NCBI GenBank assembly: GCA_951406725.2
Contig: OX597816.1
Span: forward strand, 153,078,001 to 153,142,000
Source of the DNA: Octopus vulgaris
Lineage: Eukaryota
DNA length: 64,000 nucleotides
Reading direction: 5' to 3'
The position numbers were made by a program, and so were the translations under genes. Of this stretch, positions 26,381 to 37,753 are shown piece after piece. The notes below the pieces were generated by a model. The model saw only the letters and a program-made list of their open reading frames with translations. It did no database searches and was not told where the DNA came from. Positions within the stretch are counted from its first letter, which is position 1. Each line of letters starts with the position of its first letter.

Positions 26381-29300
26381 TTCTAAACCCTCAAAAGAGA
26401 AAGGCTCCATAGTATATCTGAATAAAAGATGTGATGGTTATAGTTCAAACATGCAGCATTAAGCTGTGTAGCATTAATAACAGATATGTTAATGTAAATT
26501 TTAAATATATTCAAGGAAGAGCATAGAGATATTTTTTTTCTAGGGAATTTGGCTGTAAGTGTTTGCAGCAGTGCCAGAAATAGAAACTATTAGTTATTCT
26601 ACTACTGAATCATGCAGATGTCTTCTATATAAAGCTTGTAAGCTTTACATCCATGCCTTCATGCAAGCAAAATGGAGAACAATGGAGATTGATTTTGAAA
26701 AATTTAAATATTTACACATTTATTGGCATACTGATGGACATTTTCACATCATTGGCTGTCTTTCCAGCTTCTAACCACACAAACCAATTATAGTGCCTCT
26801 TTGTGGTTGCTCAACCTGCAAGAAATAGCAGCCAAATCTCTTAAATTATATCCTATATGCCTTGCAATATTTAGTTATGGCCCTTTATGATCTGAGTTCA
26901 AATCCTCCATCAAAGTCTACTTGTCTTTTCCTCTTCTGTTATTGATAAAGTAATTGTGAAGTACTGGGACTAATTTATACTTCAATACAGCATCCTAAAT
27001 ATTAATTGCATTGTAATAGAGGAGACCTTTAGAAAAAAGAAGAACACATTAGCTAACACAGTTCTAGATATTCCTAAAAAGTTAGGATGGTCATCACTGG
27101 AATAGGCTTGCTCAATCGGAGTTGACAAGGGCCATAAAGGGACTTTACAGACTATGGAAAACATGAGAGTACACAATGATTAAGAGTAAAAAGTTTTCAA
27201 CTAAACTAATAACCTCCTCTTTAAACAGAGTTTTTGTATCTCATATCATATGGTCTAGGTTCCTCAGAATGATGATGATGATGTTAAGAATTCATCATAA
27301 TGATTGAGTTCCCTTTTCTGAATTAAACTACAACTTCTGAATGTTTATGGCAAGGTATGCCTGTCACACATATGGGACAATGTCCTTAATAAGAATATAC
27401 ATGAAATCCAATGAGAGATTATCTATGCAGACACTCAGTTAATCAAACTGTTAAAAATAGCAGCTAAATCTCCTCATAATTTCTTACTTGAAAGAAAGCA
27501 TTGGATAATCTAGTTGTAGATATATTATATTTGAACAAGTCTGGATGGTCATGACTAGAATGCCTTTTACCATAGGTCAACTTGATTAGGGATGAACAGA
27601 GGTTAGCCACCAAACATGTACAAAACCAGAATTGTATGAAAACACAAAACATCCAACTGGTAAATCATCACCCACTATGACATGGGAAATTTTCTCAGGA
27701 TGCCTTCTGTATCCATAACATATAGTTAAGTAATAATATCATGAATGAGCTGCACCTTCATTAAAAAAAAGAAAAAGATCACGGGAATTAATAACACTTA
27801 TCAAAGGTGAGGGAGACAACCCCAAAATTTAATTCATTTTCTCTGCTATTAATGGAAGGGTTGTAAGGGTTGAATCCTCAGGCATCTCCTCTGTAGGGTC
27901 CTATCAAAAGCAACCATCAGACTTTCCAACTGGATTCTCAAGTGCCAACTGTGACTATGGATATTATTCAGCCAGTTCATCCTTGGTCTATTCTTAGAGC
28001 CCCTGCTAGTTGGCTCAGTTTGAAAGAATCTGTCTTGCAGCTCTTACCTGCGACATTCAAACCACGTCATTACCCAATATTTATGACCACAAAAAAGCAA
28101 ATTTTTTTTATACCAATCTCTCGTCTGGTGATCGAATGTTGGAGCTGGTGCATTATTGTACCAGTACCAGCAATTCTAGTATCCAATTCCACCTCCTGCT
28201 CCCCATCACTCCGAAATTCAAATTGATTATAAATTGGATGTGAACATGCAGTAAAAAGGAGTCTGATCTTTGGTAGGTAGAGGGACAAATATGAAAGGTT
28301 ATGGTTTTTGGCATCCTCAGCCTAATTTTATTCATATTTACCAAGTCACAGACTGGAAACATTCACTCATTAGGCAATTTGAATTAATGACATGAAAAAA
28401 AAGAATGCTTTCTGCATGAAAAACATGGAGTAGAAGTTAACATAATATAGGGAGTCCAATATAATTACATTCTCTCATCGCTCAACAGTGCCTTTTCAAC
28501 ACCCAGAATATTCCTTCGATATTAAGACGGTTAAGACAAACATACAGAAAGCCAGGAATTCTATCGGGACAATGAAAGCAGTCGCTTAACCTGTTAGAAA
28601 TAGCAGCTAAATTTTCTTCAAATTACGCCTATCTAAAAAACAAAAACATTAAAAGGGACACATTGGATAATGTAACCCTGAGAAAAAATATATTAAAGAT
28701 GGGATGGTCGTAGTTAAGTGCTTTAGTCAAACAGACTGAAGAGTGGAGACTACGTACAACTCATTACATTACGTATAAAGTAAATAATAATAATAATGAT
28801 GAAATTATTGTGTATAGTGCTCGGGTACACTCTAGCCGTAACAACTCTCGAAGGAGTATGTCACAGACTACATTATTAAACATGTTATTTCAGATGTTAC
28901 AAGTGCAATTTAAGAAAGATTTTGGTTGCTATTTCTAGCAGATTAAACAACGACGTAGACACTCGCGCAGTCACTAACTCGCTATGACCTGCTATTTCAA
29001 ACAGCTGATTCATTGCGCCATATTCTCAACAGTAAACAATTTCTTAATAAACTAAATACATTAATATATTTTATGCCCCGTTTGCTTCGTTGTACTTAAC
29101 AGAATGAATGAAAAACCGGGGTTAAGCAACAATACCTACTCATAAGAAATTGCAAAAACACAACTTATATCTTTGTCCCATACACATAATACTAGGAAAG
29201 TTACAAACTCCCCCCCCTCTCTCTCTATATATATATACATACATACATACATACATATGTATATATATAGAGAGAGGGTGGGGTATTTAGGACTTCGTCT

Positions 29301-30052
29301 ATAATTCGTTTGCACGCGAATACAAAATCTATTCTTTCTCTTTTTATAGCTAGATTTGCTGTTAGGAAATGAGAAGGATCTGGACACATTCGTAACCAAG
29401 CGAAAGGAAAAGCACGATCCATTTTCTCACAATCCAATAATGTGAGAAAAAGAAAGATAGCAATAATTTTCTGAAAGTTTATTGAGCTATAATCCGAAAA
29501 CTAAAATTTCTTCAAAACTAGGTAAAGTGTTCGAAGATTTACTATCAACACTTTGTTTGTAGCAAGAGTAGTAGGAAAACTTAAATGAAATGTAGTAATG
29601 GGTGATGGAAGAAAGTGTCACATATAACTTAATAAACTGGAAAAAAAATTTAACTTTAATAATTATCGCAGTCAACTGAATTTTGTTGTTCGTTTAGTTG
29701 GTGGTCAAATTATTTACAACTATAATGTTTAAGCTTTAAGTTAAACAAATACACAGAAACACAGAGTATGAAAATATTTGTAACAAGAAAATATGCATTT
29801 CGTTAGTAAATTAACAATTGTTGAAAGATAAGTTATTGGAAATATTTATTCGTTTTGTAAACAATACTTTACATTTATTTGACAGTAGTTACCACGTAGA
29901 ACTGAAAAAGCTATGAAAATAACCAAAGTCGTATATAAAGAAAATAACACGATATTGTAACATTCTGGTTAAGTCGAAAGTAAAAAAAAAGCTATTAAAG
30001 ATAATTTAATAAAATAAGGATAGAAGTTCAATTAACGCTTGAAGTAATTTAC

Positions 30053-30110
30053 CTTAAGTGGCTGTATGTTATTGTTCTCCGAAAACAGCGACAAGTTTTG
30101 TACGAAATTT
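30053..30110 (-). other. PARPBP: Probable non-coding first exon (5'UTR) of the PARPBP-like gene
   Basis: Donor AAG|gtaaat at 30052, immediately downstream of the promoter motif cluster and in CpG-retaining DNA. The ATG exon has an acceptor, so an upstream exon is required. The transcription start is approximate. Confidence 0.55.
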
Positions 30111-30153
30111 GAAATTCGTACTATGTTGACGTCACTGTCAACGAACCAATCAG
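30101..30153 (-). promoter_or_regulatory. Cell-cycle-type core promoter: CHR-like TTTGAA (30108-30113), CRE palindrome TGACGTCA (30127-30134), NF-Y box AACCAATCAG (30144-30153)
   Basis: Three canonical motifs within about 50 bp just upstream of the putative exon 1. Confidence 0.6.
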
Positions 30154-31214
30154 ATGATAATTGCCATTTGCAGAGGTTATGAAATAGATTGTTGTTATTT
30201 ATTCCTGACGAAATGGACTTATGATCAAAAGCATTCCACCTGTGACCATCACTTCTTTTCTACATCAAGATCTACAATACTGTACAACGTTTTCTTATCC
30301 CTTTTTGAATGACTGGTTTAAGTCGAGCGACCTTACAGAGACTCTCTTGTTGGTTCGCGTCACTTCGTGGAGAGAAAAGCGTGACATGTCGAAGAAAAGT
30401 TCTCTGCCAGAAACTTTAGACTTCATCTCTTCTCGTGGCATACAAAAATGTCTTTTACTGACGCAGATCTCCACTTGCTATTTTTTAGATTCTATTTATG
30501 TATTTATTTATTTTTACTTTGCTGACAAGTGTCACAGAATAACTCAAGTTTACTTCGCGATTTCGTATTGAGAGGGGGAGGTCGATTGGACTTGTTCATC
30601 ATCTTACACAACTCGGCCAAAGTTTTGAGTGAGATTTGGTAGAAGAAAATTGTTTGGAGTTTCGTTCTTGGTTGGGGATAGACTTAAATGTTGCATGGGG
30701 TACTTTAGTTGTGTTCATTTAGTTGCAAGCATTTAAACCCGGTTTCCAGCCTGAAGAAAGCTTCCCTACCTCTCCCACTCGGTCTCGGAAGCCCTGAAGG
30801 GGTCGTGGGGGAGTTGTCCTTCTTTATCTGACTGATAGTATCAATAGGAAAACAGAACCGGTGAGGTAGTTCATAATTATTTTTTAATTACACACACACA
30901 CACACGATAAGCTTCCGCATAATCTCCGTCTTTTAGCATTAAAAACTCATAAAGTATAGGTAAACCCAAGGCTATAATACAAGATTAATTTATAAGTTAC
31001 TCGGGGATGACACGGACAGTATAGTGTCAGCTAAAATTTTTTACATCAGTGCCGGAGTTAGACTTAATGGGGTCATAAGTAACATAAAGTTCGGAGGCCT
31101 TTTGTTAAAAATTACAGTATGTTTACCACTATCGAAAACTTATGTCTTTTAATTATTTTGAGATCTTTGTGGATTGTGTTGTCCTCACCTGCAACTTTTT
31201 AGCTTATGTCTCTT

Positions 31215-31400
31215 TTACTATCTTTCACTTGTTTTAGTCATTTGACTGTGGCCATGCTGGAGCACCGCCTTTAGTCGAGCAAATCACCCCCAGGATTTAT
31301 TCTATCGGTCACTTTTGACGAACCGCTAAGTTACGGGGATGTAAACACACCAGCATCGGTTGTCAAGCGGTGTTGGGGGGACAAACACAGACACACAAAC

Positions 31401-31447
<47 letters not shown>

Positions 31448-32049
31448 TCAGTAATAATATAGGGTGAAATTAATAAATTTGGAATAATCATTAATTTCAC
31501 CAAGTAGATTTCGGCATGTAAAAGCCCCATTTGAGGAAAGTTTAAGTAATACTAAGTAATTAAGGGTTTAGCAACGATTTGCCTCACCACACACCGATAC
31601 AATATTAAGTCACCTACGTACGTTTCGAAATTAAGTTTTAGGAAAGCATAAGAATTAGATAATTATGTCTTACCCAACTATTTTTCTCAGCGTAGGACAC
31701 TACAATTATGAATAATTGTATATTAAATTTGGAGATACTAGAAGACATCACCTCAACTCATAGTATCAGAGCGAGCTAAAGCCGTTACCAGTATCACCAA
31801 ATTCAAAGTGTGAATGAAAGTTTGTGTCACCAACCTCCTCCCACCAGCGTGCTGCCAGGACAAGATGTTGTGGTCATTTACTGGATGAAATATGGTTATC
31901 AGTAATAATATAGGGTGCGTTTGCCTTCTAAGTGCTGTGGTTTTACTGAGATCTCCCTTTTAGTAGAAAGAATAGCTATAACCCTTTGACTGCTATTTCT
32001 AAACTCGGTGTGTGGTGAGGCAAATCCTTGCTAAACCCTTAATTACTTA

Positions 32050-32087
<38 letters not shown>

Positions 32088-32240
32088 GACGGGCTTCTTT
32101 CAGTTTCCATCAACTTAATCCACTCACAAGGCTTTGGTCGCCCTGAGGTTATAGTAGAAGACACTTGCCCAAGGTGCCATGCATTGGGACTGAACCCGGA
32201 ACCATGCGGTTTGTAAGTAAGCTACTTATCACACATACAC
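31215..32240 (-). mobile_element. CORE-like tRNA SINE family copy, split at its internal (TA)n by the Penelope-like fragment
   Basis: The two halves match the intact copies at 1900-2270 and 52350-52860 (GGCACCTTGGGCAAGTGTCTTCTACTATA core; GCGGTGCTCCAGCATGGCC tail). Confidence 0.8.
31444..32053. mobile_element. Penelope-like pLTR fragment with direct and inverted repeats and a degenerate hammerhead-like motif, inside the (TA)n tract of a SINE
   Basis: 23-bp direct repeat (31444-31466, 31895-31917); 49-bp inverted repeat (31549-31597, 32005-32053); minus strand CCUACG-CUGAGA...CGAAACGUA-CGUAGG (31613-31696). No coding sequence recognised. Confidence 0.5.
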
Positions 32241-32547
32241 TCCTACGCCTAAATCCAATACTATCTTTACACTGTTTAGTTTCGTTCCTTTAAGTTCAAA
32301 TTTCAAAATTCCACCAATGTCTGCTTTGCTTTCCATCTCTGTGAATAAAAGTAAGAAGCAGGCATATAATGGAATCAGATCAATAATCTTATTTATGATA
32401 CACTCTAATATATATATCAGTGGCTTTATACCAATGGAAAGAATGGAACTGAACACGTTTAGCTTGGTGTTTTACAATCCCCGTCTCCTTCTGTCCGTAT
32501 TTGTTGATAATTCTTTCTACTATAGGCCAAGGCTTGAAATTTTTTAA

Positions 32548-33860
32548 CACTAAGAGGACCGGACTTTTCAACTATTAAAGACCAGAATGAGTCAATTGAC
32601 GCAAAGATGTTTTTCAATTTGAAAAGATAAAAAAAAAAAGAAAAGAAGTAGGAAACCTTTATTAAATATATGAATCTATTGAATTTTATGACTTCACGGT
32701 GATATTAATCACAGTAATTTGATATTTTGAAAGAAATTTATCGAAATTCTAAACATTCATCGCAATTTTTAGCGCACATTTGCGGAGGCTTTTTACAGAC
32801 TCCACCCATTCCTGTGGTACTGTTTCGGCATTTTCTTTTCACACATGTACGTCTGACTTTATTCCTAGGGGTAGATGTTTCCTCAATAGGGTGTTTGATA
32901 ATACTTGAACTACTGTGAAAGGAATCACCACAAAGTTCTTCAACAACTTTTTGAATATATTCCCGTTGACTTATGACTGAGATGCTAACACTTGTTAGCC
33001 ACATGTGCGGCAGACGAAATACGGCTACGCATTTCGTCCGGCGTGCTAACGTTTCTGCCAGCTCGCCGCCTTGAGCGGACCTATGATTAATGGCATTCTT
33101 TTGTGTCCATTCCAATAATTATTTTCAGGTAATATGTATCGTGGCTACATTGCCCAGTATGTACGAATTTAAGACAGCGATTAAGAGTGCGATTTCAAAA
33201 AGATTAGGGGATTGTTATTTCTAGCAGATCGAACAACCATGCAGAAGTTTACTCGTTAGTTCCAAACGCCTTCTTGTCAAGATACATGATTAGGTATCGT
33301 GACAAGCGATACTTCTTACTGGATAGCAAGCCTAACGTGTTTAACATCTAGGAGGATTTGAACTCATTAAAGCTCTCGTTAGTTTTACTCTGTCACTGCA
33401 ACAACCAAAATATTATTTAAAAAGGGTAAATTGGCCATTGTCTACTGTTTACTTTGATTGAATAAAGCCTTGCCATTTGTTGAAGCACAACTACGTCTGC
33501 CTTATTTTTATTACAAAAAAAGTATGGTGTTAGGCTTCTCCTTGGGGTTATTTACAGAAGGAACTTCTACATGCTGATATAAGGTACTTAAAACAACAAC
33601 AAACTTTTTGCATTGGTATGATGTGTGACAGTAGGCTTCTCTGTGGATTTCAAAACCACAGTTTCATGGAGTAGTTTCACCTGTTCTGTTTTAACGAATT
33701 GTTCCGACTAAACAAGTTTCGTTTTGCGAGCTGTAAAGGCTATGCAATTACTGAATATCTAAAACGTCACATGTATTTATAAGCAAAAGCAGGTGCAAGT
33801 TTCAAAAGTTACCAATGCGTCAACTGACGCATGTGGTCTTTATAGGTAGAATGTGGTTTA
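32548..33860 (-). mobile_element. Internally deleted piggyBac-like DNA transposon interrupted by segment A; its right part is duplicated at about 39850-40310
   Basis: TTAA at 32544-32547; imperfect inverted ends (aaagaccagaatgagtcaattgacgca versus tgcgtcaactgacgcatgtggtcttta); decayed transposase motifs LVGTIR, KPNTILF..KNK.DV...QMARLYSIK..SRQWP and a Cys-rich tail ISQREYIQKVVEEL..RRTC..KCRN..CKKP. Confidence 0.8.
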
Positions 33861-33920
33861 TTATTTTTTTTACAGTTGATGTTTTTTACAGTTCAACTAC
33901 TATAAACGCACGTATCATAC

Positions 33921-34104
33921 CTATTTCTTTACTACCCCTAAGGGGCTAAACACAGAGAGGACTAACAAGGACAGACAAACGGATTAAGTCGATTATATCG
34001 ATCCCAGTGCGTAACTGGTACTTAGTTTATCGACCCCGAAAGGATGAAAGGCAAAGTCGACCTCGGCGGAATTTGAACTCAGAACGTAACGGCAGACGAA
34101 ATAC
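33921..34104 (-). mobile_element. 3' part of a tRNA-derived SINE (B box, conserved core, Tx1-type tail) split by the LINE; duplicated at 40371-40554
   Basis: Minus strand GAGTTCAAATTCC (B box), GCCTTTCATCCTTTCGGGGTCGATAAA core and tail ending GTAGTAAAGAAATAG; collinear with the intact copy at 49005-49238. Confidence 0.9.
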
Positions 34105-34351
34105 GAATTTCTTTATTGCCCACCGGGGGCCAAACATAGATATGGACAGTACAACTGATGGGATCAGTGAATCGATATGATTTTACATAAATGTGACATC
34201 AAAAATAAAATACAATACATAAAAATCGAATGGAATACACAGTACAAAAACAATACAAATGAAGCGATGATCAAGTTACGCTCCGATCCCACAAGCCCCG
34301 ATCTACCGCTGATACCTTTTTATTTTTCCTTTTTTTTTTTTCCTCGTCTAT

Positions 34352-37300
34352 TCACACGGTTCCTTGCACGCACAACACTCGTGCAACATACTTCCATCTC
34401 TTTTGGAACGTACACTCTGACAGACACCTCTTCTCCAGCCACAGTTTCCTTTTCAAATGAAAAGAAAAAAAGGATCGTAAATTGTCACCAGAGATAAAGT
34501 TACCTGTCTTAATTCCTTTTATCCTAGTATTCCATACAGCCTCTTTTGCTATTGCTACAACCGTGAGAAAACAATTCTTACCTTCGTTCGTTAGAACTCC
34601 CGGTGGGTCAATTTTTATAATTGACTCAGTCGACAGCCGTACTCTTCCTTCGCCGGACAACAGATGTTCAGCATAAGCCCACATTTCAGTTATCTCCGGA
34701 CACTGAACAATAGCGTGAGGGACGGTTTCCCTGTCCCCCCGCATCTTGGACAGGTCGGCGACTGACGTTTACCATGTCTTGCGAGCTTATCCCAAACGGG
34801 CAAGGCACCTCTGTAGCATTGCCAGGTTAAGGACTTTTGGAAGTTGTCCAACGTTCTCAACCCGAATGTACGATGAAACAAGCTGTCCAGTTGAATAAAT
34901 CCGAGACCTAGAGTCGACCCCAGGCCATCGTCGCATTCAGACTCTACCAACCCACTATATAAAATCCGTGTGGAACCCCCACCGCTGGCGTTGCCCGAGC
35001 GCCGGAACAGCAAGAGGGCCTTACGGCACTCTTTATGCCACTCACTCGACCTCGGTCTACGAGAACACCAGGCTTCCTGTTCGCAAAAACTCTTGAGCTC
35101 AGGGAACATTTGTCTGGCCAGCGGAGACCACACCCGTTCACTATCCAGGAGAATCCAGAGGTGCCTCAACCTCAACGCATGTCTGCGCATCATTAACCAA
35201 GGCATCCCTAAACCTCCATTTAAAGGCTTTTGACAGCAGACAGAGCGTTTCACAAGTGGCGACCTGCCCTTCCACAAAAAGCGAAAGAGCTGTCTCTCCA
35301 ACCTGATCAACCACGAATCCGGACAGGGCACGACAGTCAGGCGGTAGGTAATGACTGATGCGATAAACACATTGGCCACCTCCGCCCTCCCTTTCAGGGA
35401 TAGCCACCGCCAAGACCAGGTCTTGACTACTGCAGCCACCCTGCTCAATACCTCCGTCCAGTTCTTCTCTATCTGGAGGCCTGGTCCAAACCAGACTCCC
35501 AGCAACTTAACCGGTCCCTCCGTCCAGCGCCTAACAACACTGTCTGAAGGCATCGACTTGCCAACCCAGGTGCCGAGCTGCAAGCCGACCGACTTTTCCC
35601 GGTTAATCTTTGCTCCTGCTACCTCCTCGTAAGCCTCAATAGTCTTACCTACTTCACGTAGGCGTGCCACTGTGGTTACACTGATAGTGATATCATCCGC
35701 GAAAGCCGTAACAAACTCCTCTAGTCCTGGTTCTCTCGGGATGCCACTCAACCTTTGCAGTAATGGCTCGAGAGCCATCACATACAAAAGTGGTGAAAGC
35801 GGACATCCTTGACGAACCGAGCGTCTGATGCAGAACGGCTTCGAAAGGAAACCGTTCACCCGAACTATCGAGTCAATGTTGTGGTACAAAGCGATAAACC
35901 ACCTGAGGAAGCCAAGACCCAGGCCAAACCGCGCAAGTACAGTCGCTAGGTATCGATGGTCAACCCTATCAAAAGCTTTAGACTGGTCCAAATGCACCAA
36001 TGCCCCACCTTTGCCAGATTTATTACCAACCTCTCTATGGTATAGCGAATAAGATGGAGGGTATCCTGAATGGTTCTGCCTGGGATGGCACATGTCTGTG
36101 CCTCCCCGACTATACCATTCGCGACACGCGCCAACCTTTTTGCTAGAACCTTGGCCAAAATCTTCACTTCTGCGTTTAACAGAGTGATGGGCCTGAAATT
36201 CTCTAGAACGTCCCCCTTGTCCGGGTCCTTTCTGACCAACGTCACTACTCCCCGGCGCACAGATCTGGGGATAAACCCATTCTGTTTCCAGTTCGCGTAC
36301 ACGTCAGTCAGTAGTTGCCCGAACAAGTCTGGCATACATTTATATAGCTCGTACGGAAGACCATCAAGTCCCGGTGACTTACCCGCTTTACAATCGGCCA
36401 AAGCCTCCATCACCTCCTCAAGTGTGATTGGCCCTTCGCAAGACTCCGCATCCGACCCCGAGAGGCACGGCAGCCCGGTAAGAAAATCCTCGAGGGCTCT
36501 CCCACCACCAGGACCGCCGTCACCCCCGAACAGCTGGGTGAAGTACTCCCGAAAGACCTCACACATTTTCTCGGGTTCGTTTATCAAGACACCATTTTGA
36601 TTCGTCAAAGACCGAATAGAGGAACTATTTCCTTGCCGAGCTTCCACCACTCGGGCCCATCCAGCGGCCTTAATTCCTTCACTTCCCATTGCACGTAACT
36701 TAGCTCTGGTAATACTTCCCATGTGGTGGGCTTCAAGATGCTGGTTTAACTCCAGTCTTTTCACCCTCGCTTGGTCTGTATTACCAGTCCTCCAGGCTTC
36801 TTCTAGTTCCTTAACTAGACCATCTCCTATTTTACGTCCCTTCTTAGCTAAACTTATGCTAAATCTAATAGACTCATATTTGATGGCTCTTTTTAGGGCG
36901 TACCACCATTTGTTATTAATGATGGTACCTGTTAATGCCCTTTGTATTAACATCTTGATCCGCTTTCTGTACTCCTCAATCGCCAAAAGGGACGTATTGA
37001 GTTTCCAGTAGCCAGATCCCTGTCTATGCAACTTATCTACCGTCAGTTTACAGGTAACCATCTTGTGGTCACTGTAGCTGACTAGAAAAAACTGTGGACA
37101 CTCAACTATGGACTTATCTTTTTCTCTAATTAAAATCCTATCTAGATATGTTCTGGTAGACCCGTCACTATTTGACCACGTCCACTGTGGAGTGTTCGGG
37201 TGTTCCAACCTATATGGATCTGCTAGCTGAAATTGACTTAGCAGATCCCGAAAGCCTGGGTTACATTTTCTGTTCATGTTCGAGTTTGAGCCAACACAAT

Positions 37301-37750
37301 CTGTGTGTGCTGCACATATTGTATTAGAGTCTCCTAACACTACTAGTGAATGCGACGTGGCTAGGAACCTTCCTAGGCCACGAAAATATTCAGTTTGCGG
37401 GCCAATAATGTTTGGTGCGTAAATAGCGACCAGCCTGATTGTCTTGCCACAACTGAATGTCAAGTCGAGAACGACCAGCCTGCCTTCTGGGTCAGAAAAA
37501 ACCAACTTTTTCTCGGCTACCCGGTTTCTGTTTAGTAGGACCAACACCCCACCCCACCTCCCGCCCGACTCGGAGAAACGTATTTCTCGTAGCCGTTCAG
37601 GAGGGGTAGCAGATCTCTTGGCCCCTTCACCCGGGTTTCCGTTGCAACAATTACATCCAAATTTCTCGACCTGATGTCATTTAGAAAGCGTCCTTGCTTC
37701 CAGCTTGACAACAGGCCATGAACATTTAAACAACCAATGTGAATAGACAT
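34352..37750 (-). pseudogene. Tx1 LINE copy 1 ORF2 (APE endonuclease, reverse transcriptase, CCHC), frameshifted
   Basis: GCLNVHGL, ATETR, AIYAPN, YLDRIL, SDH, GYWKLNTSLL, KSPGLDGLPYELY, DQSKAFDRVDH, RQGCPLSPLLY, FADDI, CPRC..ETVPHAIVQC, split across four ORFs. Confidence 0.93.
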
Positions 37751-37753
37751 GAC

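Noticed and set aside
30745-30812. CUGAAGA followed by a GCUUCC/GGAAGC stem, hammerhead-like
   Set aside because: The second core reads GAAG rather than GAAA, and there is no convincing stem III or stem I.
30221-30870. Divergent head-to-head gene (NUP37 neighbours PARPBP in human, as recalled), ORF 30221-30571 and a possible donor near 30861
   Set aside because: No recognisable protein or downstream plus-strand exons; a non-coding divergent transcript cannot be excluded.
33008-33072. tRNA gene
   Set aside because: It is a tRNA-derived SINE head; no complete cloverleaf.
32738-33115. 125-aa Cys-rich ORF as a novel gene
   Set aside because: It is a chimera of segment A (including the SINE head) and a decayed piggyBac C-terminus across the X|A junction.
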